Part shown: positions 12,691-24,571 of the stretch, piece after piece
Layout: each line of letters opens with the position of its first letter
Position numbering within the stretch: position 1 is the stretch's first letter
Source of the DNA: Malacoraja senta
Taxonomy: Eukaryota
Assembly: GCA_038087875.1 (NCBI GenBank)
Contig: CM075994.1
Location: 11,100,001 to 11,164,000, forward strand
Reading direction: 5' to 3'
Length of the DNA: 64,000 nt
Program-made: the position numbers and the translations under genes
Notes under the pieces: model-generated
Told to the model about the DNA's origin: nothing
The model's database searches: none
What the model saw: the letters and a program-made list of their open reading frames with translations, nothing else

Positions 12691-14194
12691 GCGTTTTTCT
12701 AATTATCCATTAGTTGCCCGGTCAAATTACTTTTACTTTTTAATTACTTTTTAAGAAGATTATCTCCGTCGTCCTTGTTCTACCCGCGTAAGAGGCGTTT
12801 TCTGAATTACAATCCGTATTTTAATAAACCAAACAAATTGGATCGCCGACTCTGTGCGAATATCGTTGCACTTCACATTTCGGGAGAGATGTAAACATTT
12901 ATATCCAAATTCCAAATATATCCATAATGTCTTTTAATAGGCAGGCTAACAGGAAGGTCAAGGATTTGAATCTAGAACGGCAAATATTTTCTTAGGCGGG
13001 ATCCTGTGCGGATCCTTCAGTCGGACAGAATCTATTTTCTGCTTAAATTTAGCAAACACCCCAGTCACCTACTGAAGTCTAATAATATCTCATGGAAACC
13101 TTAATGCTGCTATGAGCATTGCATAAAGAAAGGAATTATGAGTGGTTTCTTTTTAATGTAATATTTTGTCGTTATTCTTATGGATAACTGTCGTTAACAC
13201 ATTTTGCAATAAACTTAAAACGAGAAGCAATACATTATGTTTTAGTTATTTTTCCACAAAGCATTCTTGGCTAAGACATTCACTAATTTCTTGTGAACTG
13301 TTATTCCCTTGTTTAGTTGAACAACTGTTGCTCTTCATTCGTTTTTGCTAATTGAGATACGGAGGTTTAAACATACACCTGAAATCTATAATGATTCAGA
13401 TATGTTGAAACTGTGCTACGTTGGTAAATAACAGACTTATTGAGATGCTTGGAATATTGTACCAGTGTTATTGTAGTTGTGAATATGTGCAATGTATTCG
13501 TATTGAAATCCTATATTCTGCATCTGTTGAGATGTACAATGGTGAGTTCGGCTCAGGAAACTATTAGGACCAGGGCAAACCTACACGCCTCCAGATGCAG
13601 AGCAACACAATCTAAACAATAACAACGTGTTAATTGGAAATCTGAAATAGTTACAGAAAATGGTGGAATAGAAGTAGCTAATATTTCGTGTCCGATACCC
13701 TTGGCCCAGTTCCCCAGAACTGCGGAAAAAGAGAAGGGATATTTGTCTCTGTAGTAGAGTTGAAACGTGATGGCAATGAGTGGAATATAATAGCCTTATC
13801 TGTTAATGTGAAGTAATGCAACCATCAGGATCAGTTATGGCAGAGATCAAACTGGATTAAGTGAACAAGTACAAGTACCTGGTCCTTCACAGAAGCAACA
13901 ATTGTGCGTTACCTTTACGCATAATCTGCTAATTTTACCGAAATAACTTGGAACTCTGTCTATGATGAGAAGCATCTGGGCATCGCGTTCTTCGCAGTGT
14001 TGCCATCACCGATGGTCGGTGCGCTCAGGATGGGTCGACTGACGTGCTTCTGTGTTGTATGTGCCCATGGCCCCCATGACACATAATAATTCCAATCTCT
14101 CAATTACCTGTACCGGAAATCCTGTTCCCGACATCAATTGCCTCCCGAACACAGTTAAAATTCAACGATCTTCCTCTGCCAGTATCTTTTGAAG

Positions 14195-14510
14195 TCAAGA
14201 AAATAGAAAAACCTCTAAATATACATGTCCCGAAACCATCTTGATGCTCAGGGAACGTGACTTAGAAAAAAAAGGGATACTTCGCTCCATCTTCCTCACA
14301 CAGCGACATTTCAGAAGCGCATAATAAACAAACAACACTCGGCTGATGGTAACGATAAAAATTAAACCTTGCATCAAACAGATCCCTATCAATCCCAACC
14401 ATCCCTTTCGACATCCCCGCAGAGACAACGTACTCCTCCTATTATCATCTTGTTTCATGCATCTTGGCTGCCTCTTGACGAATTCGGTCAGCCAGATTGA
14501 TAATGTTCAC
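14195..14510 (-). pseudogene. env: Endogenous retrovirus env, C-terminal piece (heptad, membrane anchor, tail), decayed
   Basis: Translates VNIINLADRIRQEAAKMH.., then after a frameshift WLGLIGICLMQGLIFIVTISRVLFVYYALLKCRC. It continues the YIPD motif at 24572 once the intervening insertions are removed. Confidence 0.65.
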
Positions 14511-15190
14511 TTTTAAAGCGAGGACGCATTCGTCGCGGAGCTGCGAGCTCTCGCCGGGGGTCGCCGGAGAGAAGCGCTCGGATCGCTGGCCCGCGGCAGC
14601 CTGAAGCCGCGGTCTGCAGAGCTCCAGCCGGCGCGGCGTCCTGGGCCTGGGATCCCTTGTTGGGGACCCGGGAGGAGAGGAGCTCCGACCGCCGGCCCGC
14701 GGCCAACTTCTGCCGCGGGCGCGGCGTGGACTTACCATCAGGAGCGGGGTCCCTCGCCGGGGACCACTGGAGCGGAGCTCCGACCGCGGACCCTGCGGTC
14801 TGCGGTGCTTCCGGCTGCGGTGCGGCGGGGACTTTTGATCTTCGACCGCCGGCCTGCGGCCTACACCAACCTGAGGCCGCGGTCTCCGTTAGGGAAGCAC
14901 CGATTTAGGACTTACCTGGACATTACATTGTCTACACATCTGGACGCCCGCAGCGGCGACTGTGGAGGGTTGAGGTCCCGACCACGGGGGAAATGGAGGA
15001 GGACTGGACAATGTTGTGCCTTCCACCACAGTGATGAATGTTTATGTTATGGATGGATGTGGTGGATGTTTATGTTAAAATTTTATTGTGTTTTTATGTG
15101 TTCTTTTTTCATCGTACCGTTGTTGGCAAATTCATTTCACTTGCACTTTATGTGCAAGTGGCGAATAAAACTGATTCAATTGTATTGTTA
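14511..15190 (+). mobile_element. GC/CpG-rich non-autonomous retroelement with a Rex1/L2-like 3' tail
   Basis: Abrupt GC-rich body. The 3' end has a stem-loop CACTTGCAC-TTTAT-GTGCAAGTG, then AATAAA and an (ATTGT) tail. It interrupts env. Confidence 0.55.
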
Positions 15191-15559
15191 CATCTATATT
15201 ACTAAAACTAAGATCTTGACCACTTTCGCCTCTCTGTTTCGCGATTTCCGAGAGAACGCCGCCACTTGCGGCCGTCATTTTTGGCCACCACGCTCAGACT
15301 CCCCCTCCGCCCAATTGGACTGGAGAATTTTTCCCATCGATGAAAAATAGAGACTTATTAATGTTTTAAAAAATATCGCCATTCTTTCTGCGGCCCCCGC
15401 TGGCGGCAGGGGGGAGGGACTATAAAACCCGGAAGTGTCGTTCCACACTCAGTCTCTGCGAGACGGAGGAAGCGAGAGGGTCGCGGCTCTCTGAGCTGCG
15501 AATAACTGAACGCACGTCTACTCCACGGTGAGTCCCCTCGATGTGGTTTTAAAGTGTAT

Positions 15560-15800
15560 GCCAAATTGTCTTGACTTTTAAAGACTTTTCAGAAAATGTG
15601 TTGGTTGTTTGCAAAGTGTTTGCCAAATTGGCTTGGCTTTTAAAGACTCTTCAGGAAATGTGTTGGTTGTTTGCAAAGTGTTTGCCGAATTGGCTTGGCT
15701 TTTAAAGACTTCAGAAAATGTGTTGGTTGTTTGCAAAGTGTTTGCCAAATTGGCTTGGCTTTTAAAGACTCTTCAGAAAATGTGTGGGTTGTTTGCAAAG
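15560..15800. repeat. ~60-bp minisatellite of H2 (AAAATGTGTTGGTTGTTTGCAAAGTGTTTGCCAAATTGGCTTGGCTTTTAAAGAC..)
   Basis: About 4 tandem copies. The unit resumes at 20453 after the Gypsy element. Confidence 0.9.
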
Positions 15801-16006
15801 TGTAAATCTCTTCAAACCATATAAGATTTACACACATCTTTAATCAGCACATTAACTTGGCAGCATTACAAAACGAGGTGTTGTCAGTTCATCCTGGCTG
15901 CTTCAACTAGCGGTGCTGGCAATGGGCGTTAGTATAAATGTTATAATGGGGTGGAGTTAGTGATGCTGGCTAAGTGTGATTGATTCACATGCATCATCAA
16001 TCTACA
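15801..16006 (-). repeat. Gypsy 3' LTR
   Basis: Direct repeat of 20251-20452, with 7 substitutions counted by eye over ~200 bp. Confidence 0.92.
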
Positions 16007-16044
16007 TCCTTCCCCCTAAAGATTAAATGTGGAGAGGAAGCATA

Positions 16045-19000
16045 TTAAACATACTCGCCATACCTGTCTGGTGGTCTACTAACACGGCCCGAACGCGTGC
16101 GGACCCAACCATCCCCTCCCTCAACTGAAGGATTAGGCGGAGAGGCTGAAGGTGAAAATCGCGCGGGAGAGGATTGTGGTGACCGAGGGGGGAAACATGC
16201 GGTGGGTGAAACCCCGTGGTTAGTGGAGACAGATGGACGTTGGGGGGTGCCAGGCATGCAGGGACGGGCGGGAGACATTGCGGAAGGCGGCTGGAACTGG
16301 AGCGGCGGAGCATAGGGATCAGCAGGCGGTGGTCGGGGCTCCTTCACAGCAAGGAGGTGCTGTCGATTTCTCCGGTAAACCGCTCCCTCACAGTCCACAA
16401 GGTACGATCGCGGCTCATCAGTCGGGCGCACAACAACGCCTAGACGAGAATGTCCAGTTGGATTTCGTAGACGGACGACCTGGCCCGGCAGTAGAGGCTG
16501 GAGTGGTCTGCTGGAACTGTCGTATGACCGTTTCTGGATGTCGTGCTTCTCTTGGAGACGTTGCTGGATAGTGGCGGGCTTCAACACCCGAGGAACCAGC
16601 CGCTGTTGTGCGATGGGGACCGGAGACCTTGTCACCCTCGACAGCAGCCGCTGTGCTGGTGACCCCAAGGTTCCGTCTCTTGCGATGTTTCCGAGATTCA
16701 GGAGATCGAGATAGACGTCTGACTTTGAAATGCACGCTCCCTCCAGCAAGTGCTTGGCGCTTCTGACAGCGCGTTCAGCGAGTCCATTACTCTGTGGATA
16801 CTCGGGACTGCTTGTGACGTGCTGGAAGTTCCATCGGTCGGCGAAAAGCTTGAACAAGTGGCTGGTGAACTGTGGACCATTGTCGGTTCTCAGGATGACA
16901 GGAGCGCCATGGGCTGAGAATTGTCTTTTCAGCTTCTTGACCAACTGACCTCCGACGTGAGGGAGGTCAGTTGGTCAAGTTCAAACCAGTTAGAAAACGA
17001 GTCGACAAGAACGAGGTAGTGCTTACCGCACCATTCGAAAATGTCCGCAGCCAGCGACGACCAAGACAGTGCTGATGGAGGTTTTTGCAGAAGGAGTTGC
17101 CGCTGCTGATGAGGTGCAAGATTGTTGCAAGTGGGGCAGGAGGCTACGCGGTCGCGGATGTACGTGGCCATTCCGGGCCAGTAGATCCCGGGCGCGTGCC
17201 AGTGTGGAGTCGGCTGCTGGGTGACCGCTGTGTACCTCTTTGAAGTATTCGTCTTGTAGCGATGCAGGTACAACTACCTTGTGGCCCTTGACGACCACAC
17301 CATCCTGAACCACCAGTTCATCGCGGACCAAGAAGTATGGCTGCACCTCTGTGGGCGTGTTGGATTGATTGTCTCGCCAGCCTGTTTTGATGATGGACGA
17401 GAGGGTTTGAAGCGTATCATCATTAGCAGCGTGCGCGGCCAGAGTGCGCAGTTGTTTCTGGAGACTAGACCGACACCGAGAACCGTGAAATTCTCCCGTT
17501 CGTGTGGGTGTTGTTCGCAAGATGTTCGAGGGGCACGAGAGAGTGTGTCAGCAACATGCATGTCCTTGCCCTTTGTGTAGGTAATAGAGAAGTCGTACCG
17601 CTGCAGCTGCATTATCATGCGCTCCAAACGAGCTGGGGCGGCGTGGATAGGCTTGTTCAAGATTGTCACCAGTGGCTGGTGGTCCGTCTCAACCATGAAC
17701 GTGTTGCCATAGACGAAGTCGTGGAATTTGGAGCAGGCAAAGACGACCGCCAGCAGTTCCTTTTCGATTTGCGCGTAGTGCTGCTCCGTGTCGGTCATGG
17801 TGCGAGAGGCATACGCGACAGGTAGTGCCATCATCAGACGGTTGCAGGCAGGCTGCGCCGAGCCCGAATTTCGAGGCATCGCAGGTGATCACCACCGGAC
17901 GTTTCAGGTCGAAAAAAGTCAGGGTCGGTGCACTGGTCAGTTTTGATTTCAGAACATCGAAGGCATCCTGATGTTGCTGGAACCATGACCATGCAGTGTC
18001 CTTTTTTGTCAGCTGCCGCAGTGTGGAGCTTAATTCGCTGAGGTTTGGTATGAACTTTCCGAGATAGTTTACCATGCCCAGGAAACGTTGCAGCACTTTC
18101 ACGTCAGTGGGTGCAGGCATTTCTGTGATGGCAGAAGTCTTCTTCGGATCCGGTTTGAGGCCGTCAGGGGTGAAGATGTGGCCGACATAGGAGACCATTG
18201 GAACCCTGAACTTGCACTTGTCAGGATTGAGCTTGAGGTTGATCTTGACAGCACGCTCCAAGATGAGCCTGAGATTGTGGTCGTGTTCCGCTGCGTCTTT
18301 CCCATAGACGAGGATATCGTCGACAATAATGGCACAAGGCAGACCCTCGAATAATTGCTCCATAGTTCTTTGGAAGACTTCACTGGCGGAGTTGATCCCG
18401 AATGGCATTATCAGAAACTTATATCTGCCGAATGGGGTGGCAAATGTGGTGAGGTTTGATGACCTCTTGTCCAGCGGTATCTGCCGGAATGAGTTCTTTG
18501 CATCTAGGACGGAAAATAGGGTGGCCGTTCCGATCTTTGCTGCAACATCCTCTACTGTCTTCATGGGACGGTGTGGGTGCTTAATGGCAGTGTTCAGGTC
18601 TTTTGGATTAATGCACAGGCGGAATTCATCCTTTCCCTTCTTGACTGTGGCAATCATGGTTGAGACCCAGTCGGTGGGGTCGCTGACTACTTCAATTACG
18701 CCTTTGGAGACCATGTCCTTCAGCATAGAGTGAACCCTGTCAGTCATGGTAAACAACAATCTGTGCGGGTTTCGGACTACGGGTGTCACATCGGGGTCAG
18801 TAATAATCTTGTAGGACACAGGCAACTTGCCTAGGTTGTTGTCGAAGATACCAGGGAAGTCATTCAGTGGATCAAAAGAAACTTGCAGTTTGTGAACAGT
18901 TTTATCAAAGGAAATCAGCCCCAGTTCCTGACAGGCACGATTGCCAAGCAGAGTAACTGAATTAAAGTTCAACACATGGAAAGTCAATTCCCTAGTTGTT

Positions 19001-19332
19001 TTCTTCAGTACACATTTCAAGTTGGTTTTGCCCAGAGGAACTAGCACCTCCCCACCAAAAGCATGTAAAGTGGACGCGTCCTTGACAAGTGGCTCGTTAG
19101 CCCTGATCTTGTTAAAAAGGTTGATTGACATTGTGTTGACTTTCGCCCCCGTGTCCAGTTTCGCGCCAAAAGCAACATTGTTTACAGATATCGTCACTAT
19201 AGGATCAGAGTTCTTGGCAGCAGCATGCTGTAACATGTAAACAGTAGGGTCGTCTTGCGAGTCAAATGGAATATATTCGGGGGCGGCTTCGAGCTGGAAG
19301 TGGGGAGTCAGTATGTTGCTGTCTCGTTGCAA
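16045..19332 (-). pseudogene. pol: Gypsy pol (protease, RT, RNase H, integrase), frameshifted
   Basis: Motifs KLDTGAKVN (PR), IIVDDILVYG (RT), CDASKFGLG and YAQIEKELLA (RH), and RTDNGPQF / YPQSNGLAERAV (IN), spread over ORFs 17689-19332, 17274-17879, 17023-17520, 16929-17273 and 16045-16944. Confidence 0.95.
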
Positions 19333-19359
19333 AAAATTGAGATTAGGCTTGAGACGGGG

Positions 19360-20182
19360 CGCATTCTTTCCTCGGGCCCTGATAGCAGCCCGACAGGCTG
19401 AGGCAAAGTGATTTAGCTTTTTGCAGTAATTACAAGCCTTCCCGAGGGCGGGGCAGGTGGATTGCCTGTTGTGTAGATAGCCGCAGTTAGGACATTTCTG
19501 TGGAGGAACGCTGAGAGCTGCCTGGCTAGCTTGGGTCTTAGATCGGCTGTTATCTGTGTATGTCCGCTGCCTAGTGAGGCCCGTCAGATTGATGGTATTG
19601 CTTTCATGCGAAATGTCTATAGGATCAACAAGTTCAGCAGTTGTGCGTGCATCCTCTAGCGATAACTCTGGCCGTCTCAGGAGCTCTCATCTGAGCTTTT
19701 GATCGGTGATACCATTCACTAAAATATCCCTCGTTAACTGATCAGTCAACTGATCCAATGGCATTTCGTGAAATCGTCTACGTTGGGCTAGATACATCAA
19801 AGAAGAAATAAATGAGTCAACTCTTTCCCCGGGAAGTTGACGACGAGAGAAAAACCTTGCCCTGTCCAAAATGTGATTTGAGGGCAGGTGACAGATCTGA
19901 GCCAGTTTACGCAGCAAAACATTAGGGTCAGTAGGAGACTCCGCCGGTGTAATTAGCTGGTCATTGGCATCACGAATAGCCGGAGCATAACGGAATGTTC
20001 TGGATCGACGAAGGGCACCAGGTCCCGCAAGGTTGAGCAGGAGAGAGGCCTTGACAGCATCTGGTTCATGTCAGTGTACAATGTTCATGTAGTGCTGGTA
20101 ATCAATTTCAAACGTGGCCCAGCGTTTGCTGATATCGGCATCAAAGACAAGAGGCTCAGGCTTCCGACAAGAAGAAGCCATC
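19360..20182 (-). pseudogene. gag: Gypsy gag with CCHC zinc knuckles, internal stops
   Basis: Starts MASSCRKPEPLVFD. Knuckle region CPNCGYLH..CPALGKACNYCKKLNHFASAC at ~19390-19500. Confidence 0.85.
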
Positions 20183-20250
20183 GGGAAGTAAAGCAAAATT
20201 CACAAAAGATAAAATAAAAAACCGTTATACAAGAGGAGTGGATAAGACCA

Positions 20251-20452
20251 TTTCTCTTCAAACGATATTAGATTTACACACATCTTTAATCAGCACATTA
20301 ACTTGGCAGCATTGCAAAACGAGGTGTTGTCAGTTCATCCTGGCTGCTTCAACTAGCGGTGCTGGGAATGGGCGTTTGTATAAATGTTATAATGGGGTGG
20401 AGTTAGTGATGCTGGTTAAGTGTGATTGATTCACATGCATCATCAACCTACA
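20251..20452 (-). repeat. Gypsy 5' LTR
   Basis: Repeat of 15801-16006, followed on the minus strand by TGG at 20250-20248. Confidence 0.9.
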
Positions 20453-20479
20453 CATAGTGTTTGCCAAATTGGCTTGGGG

Positions 20480-22750
20480 CCTTGGGGCCTAGTCCTCGCC
20501 TCCTAGTGATGATCCCTTTTCCCGTCTCCAACGAACCACATCCTCGTGGACCCCCCCCCCCCCCCTCATGGCCTTCCGGCTTTAGACCTTTTTATCCAAA
20601 ACTGCCGACGGGACATCAACCGCCTCAACTTCTCCACTCCCCTGTCTCACTCCAATCTCTCTACCCCTGAACGTACAGCCATCGACTCACTCCACAACAA
20701 CCCAAACTGGGTTATCCAACCCGCCGACAAGGGAGGTGCCGTGGTAGTCTGGCGCGTCGATCTCTACAAAGCTGAGGCCACGCGCCAACTCTCAGACACC
20801 TCCTCCTGCTTACCCCTGGACCATGACCCCACAGACGAGCACCGGGCCACTATCTCTAGCATCATCACCGACTTCATCAACACATCAACAACCGCTCCCT
20901 GCCCCCCCCCACCCCTGAGCCCCCAACCTCATCGTTCCCCAGCCCCGCAAGGCCCGATATTACCTTCTCCCCAAAATCCACAAACCTGACTGTCCTGGTA
21001 GACCCATTGTCTCTGCCTGTTCGTGCCCTACCGAACTTATCTCCACATACCTTGACTGCATCCTATCCCCCCAGTTAAATCCCTCCCTACCTATGTTCAA
21101 GACACCTGAGACACTCTCCGTCGTCTCCGGGCATTCCATTCTCTAGGCCCCCATCCCCTCATCTTCACCATGGACGTCCAGTCACTCTACACCTCCATCC
21201 CCCACCAGGATGGTCTCAAAGCCCTCCGGTTCTTCCTCGATCGGAGAATCAACCTATACCCGTCCACTGATACTCTCCTCCGCCTAACGGAGTTGGTCCT
21301 TACCCTCAATTACTTCTCGTTTGACTCCTCCCATTTCCTCCAAATATAATGCGTAGCTAAGGGCACGCGCATGGGCCCCAGCTACGCCTGCCTCTTTGTC
21401 GGGTATGTCGAACAATCATTTTTCGAGGCGTACCAGGGCCCCATCCCCGACCTCTACCTCCGCTACATCGACGATTGCTTTGGTGCCACCTCCTGCACCC
21501 ACACACAACTGACTGACTTCATCCGCTTCACCACTAACTTCCATCCGGCACTCAAATTCACCTGGACAATTTCCGACACTTCCCTACCATTTCTTAGCCA
21601 ACTATGTCCATCACAGGTGATAGACTTCTGACCGACATCCACTATAAACCCACTGACTCCCATGGCTATCTAGACTACTCTTCTTCCCATCCTGCTTCCT
21701 GTAAGGACTCCATCACCTGCTCCCAATTCCTCCGTCTACGCCGCATCTGTTCCCAGGATGATGTGTTCCACACCAGGGCATCGGAAATGTCCTCATTCTT
21801 CAGGGAACGAGGGTTCCCCTCCCCTACTATAGATGAGGCTCTCACCAGGGTCTCTTCCATACCCCGCAACACTGCTCTCGCTCCCCATCCCCCCACTCGT
21901 AACAAGGGCAGAGTCCCCCTAGTCTTCACCTTTCACCCCACGGGCCGTCACATACAACAAATAGTCCTCCGTCATTTTCGCCACCTCCAACGTGACGCCA
22001 CCACTTGCCACATCTTCCCATCTCCCCCCTGTCTGCTTTCCGGTAAGACCGCTCCCTCCGTAACTCCCTTGTCAATTCTTCCCTTCCCTCCCGAAACACC
22101 CCTTCCCCGTCCACTTACCCTTGCAACCGCAAGAGAAGCTACACTTGTCGCTTTACCTCCCCCCTCGACTCCATTCAAGGACCCAAGCAGTCGTTCCAGG
22201 TGCGACAGAGGTTCACCTGCATCTCCTCCAACCTCATCTATTGCATACGCTGCTCTAGATGTCAGCTAATCTACATCGGTGAGACCAAGATCGTTTCGCC
22301 GAACACCTCCGCACGGTCCGCATTAACCAACCTGATCTCCCGGTGGCTCAGCACTTTAACTCCCCCTCCCATTCCGATTCCGACCTCCCTGTCCTGGGCC
22401 TCCTCCATGGCCAGAGTGAATACCACCGTTAATTGGAGGAGCAGCACCACATATTCCGCTTGGACAGTCTGCACCCTAGCGGCATAAACATTGAATTCTC
22501 CAATTTCCGGTAGTCCTTGCCGTCTCCTCCCCTTCTCAGCTCTCCTTCAACCCTCGGGCTCCTCCTCTTCCTTTTTCCTTTCTTCTCCGCGTCCCCCCCC
22601 CCTCCCACCCTACATCAGTCTGAAGAAGGGATTCGGCCCGAAACGTTGCCTATTTCCTTCGCTCCATAGATGCTGCTGCACCCGCAGCGTTTCTCCAGCA
22701 CTTTTGTCTACCTTCGATATTCCAGCATCTGCAGTTCCTTCTTAAACACT
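20480..22750 (+). mobile_element. Penelope-like element (RT + GIY-YIG endonuclease), 5'-truncated, decayed
   Basis: RT motifs PADKGGAVVV, YLLPKIHKP, MGPSYACLF and LRYIDDCF. GIY-YIG motif NLIYCIRCSRCQLIYIGET. Confidence 0.93.
22615..22652 (+). ncRNA. Minimal type I hammerhead ribozyme motif at the Penelope 3' end
   Basis: CUGAAGA (22620-22626), stem II GGG-AUUCGG-CCC, GAAA (22640-22643), then the palindromic ACGU stem III. Penelope elements are known to carry minimal hammerheads. Stem I pairing is weak and activity is untested. Confidence 0.7.
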
Positions 22751-22757
22751 GAAGGTA

Positions 22758-23191
22758 TGTGTGAGTCGGTATGAGTCTGTGTGAGTCTGTGTGAGTCTGT
22801 GTGAGTCTGTGTGTGTGTGTGTCTGTTCGTGTAAAGTCTCTTCGTGGCAAGATGGTGCTGACTGCAGAATGCATAGTGAAGACGTCGTTGATAATTCAAG
22901 AGATCTGATTGCTCTGTCTATGTTGAGTGTGTTTGTTGGACGTAATTTAAAGCACGTTTTTGCTTCAGCAGCAGCAGCCTCACCAGGAGGCTTTAAACGT
23001 TTGAATCATTCGGTTTACACACTGTATGTTCGCCACGTTCTGAAGTTCCTTGGCATTTTAGTATTGGTTGTGTGTGAGTGTGTGTGAGTGTGTGAGTGAG
23101 TCTGTTTGTGTGTGTGTGAGTCTGTGCGTGTGTGTGTGTGTGTGAGTGTGTGTATGTGAGGCTGTGTGTGTGTGAGGCTGTGTGTGTGTGA

Positions 23192-23226
<35 letters not shown>

Positions 23227-23227
23227 C

Positions 23228-23264
<37 letters not shown>

Positions 23265-23490
23265 CGCGTGCGTGTGTGTGTGTGTGTGTGTGTGAGTGAG
23301 TCTGTGTGTGTTTGTGTGTGAGTCTGTGTGTGTGAGTCTGTGTGTGTGTGTGAGTGTGTGTAAGTCTGTGTGTGTCTGTGTGTGTCTTAGTCTAGTCTGG
23401 GATATAATTACACCATTCAAATCCTATCACGTATTCAATTCACAGACTGTGTGTGTCTGTGTGTGTCTGTGTGAGTCTGGTTGTGTCTAC
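22758..23490. repeat. (GT)n / (GTGAGTCTGT)n microsatellite tracts within H2
   Basis: Directly visible. Confidence 0.9.
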
Positions 23491-23789
23491 ACACATAAAG
23501 ACGCAGTGAGCAGCAACAAGAGACACTACAAGAAAGAACTTAATAATTCTCATCTTTAACATTTAAATTGTTCTTATATTTTAAAAGTCATTCACATATT
23601 AAACTTTAATAAATCTTTTTTCCACTTTTCATGCCTGCGTGTTCTTCATCACAATCGGAACCTAATGGGCAGGAATGGATGCTCTGTGGGTGTGCATGGG
23701 GGGAGGTTGTGGGGAGATGGACTGAATGCGTGGCGCGGGGGGAGGGAATGGCAAGGAGCAGAGTGGGAGGGTGAAGGGAGCAGGGGAGA

Positions 23790-24200
23790 CTGAGTGAACT
23801 GCCAGCGTACCAGGCGTGAGTGACTGCACTGCCAGCCCACCAGCCGTGAGTGACTGCACTGCCAGCCCACCAGCCGTGAGTGACTGCACTGCCAGCGCAC
23901 CAACCGTGAGTGACTGCACTGCCAGCCCACCAGCCGTGAGTGACTGCACTGCCAGCCCACCAGCCGTGAGTGCCTGCACTGCCATCCCACCAGCCGTGAG
24001 TTACTACACTGCCAGCCCAGCAGCAGTGAGTGACTGCACTGCCAGCCCACCAGCCGCGAGTGCCTGCACTGCCAGCCCACCAGCCGTGAGTGACTGCACT
24101 GCCAGCCCATCGGCCATGAGTGAGTGCACTGCCAGCCCGTCACCCGTGAGTAAGTGAACTGCCAGACCACCAGCCGTAAGTGACTGAACTGCCAGCCCAA
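23790..24200. repeat. 30-bp minisatellite (GTGAGTGACTGCACTGCCAGCCCACCAGCC) in the H2 3' region
   Basis: About 13 tandem copies. Related units occur at 3670-3720, 4190-4360 and 27800-27870. Confidence 0.95.
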
Positions 24201-24571
24201 TATTACATTCAGTCCACCCTCTCCCCCTTCTTTCTCACAGAGTCTGTCACCTGTATTGGGCAGAATTTCTGACAGTTTCTCAGCTGCCAGCCTGCCAGGT
24301 CTGAGTGAGTGTACTGCCAGGCCTCAGTGACTGAGCTGCCTGGCCTCAGCGACTGAGCTGCCAGCCCATGAGGCCATTCGGCCCACAATGTCCATACTAG
24401 CCCTCTGGACACCAGTACCTTCGGCCCACGACACCCATACTAGCGCAACAGAAAGCCCCCCTCCCCCCCACTGGCCAGCAATATTGGAATTGGTGGAGAG
24501 GTGGAATATTGCGTTGGGTGACCAGCCATCCCATGTGATGCTGGGACCCAACGGGTCCCTACTTAGTCCAG

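Larger units (their letters stand above)
15801..20452 (-). mobile_element. Gypsy/Ty3 LTR retrotransposon (Mag-like), near full length, decayed
   Basis: Two ~200-bp LTRs, outer termini TG..CA, TSD CAAAG/CATAG, and PPT AGGGGGAAGGA at 16007-16017. Domain order is gag-PR-RT-RH-IN. Confidence 0.95.
15193..24571 (+). mobile_element. Non-autonomous Helitron-like element H2, host to Gypsy and Penelope insertions
   Basis: 5' end A|TCTATATTACTAAAAC. Perfect hairpin GGGACCC-AAC-GGGTCCC at 24543-24559. 3' end CCAG|T (CTAG variant). Terminal blocks are homologous to H1. Confidence 0.8.

Noticed and set aside
23790..24200. Regular 30-bp array (also the 44- and 48-bp arrays) as a possible CRISPR
   Set aside because: The units are head-to-tail with no unique spacers, there are no cas genes, and the DNA is eukaryotic.
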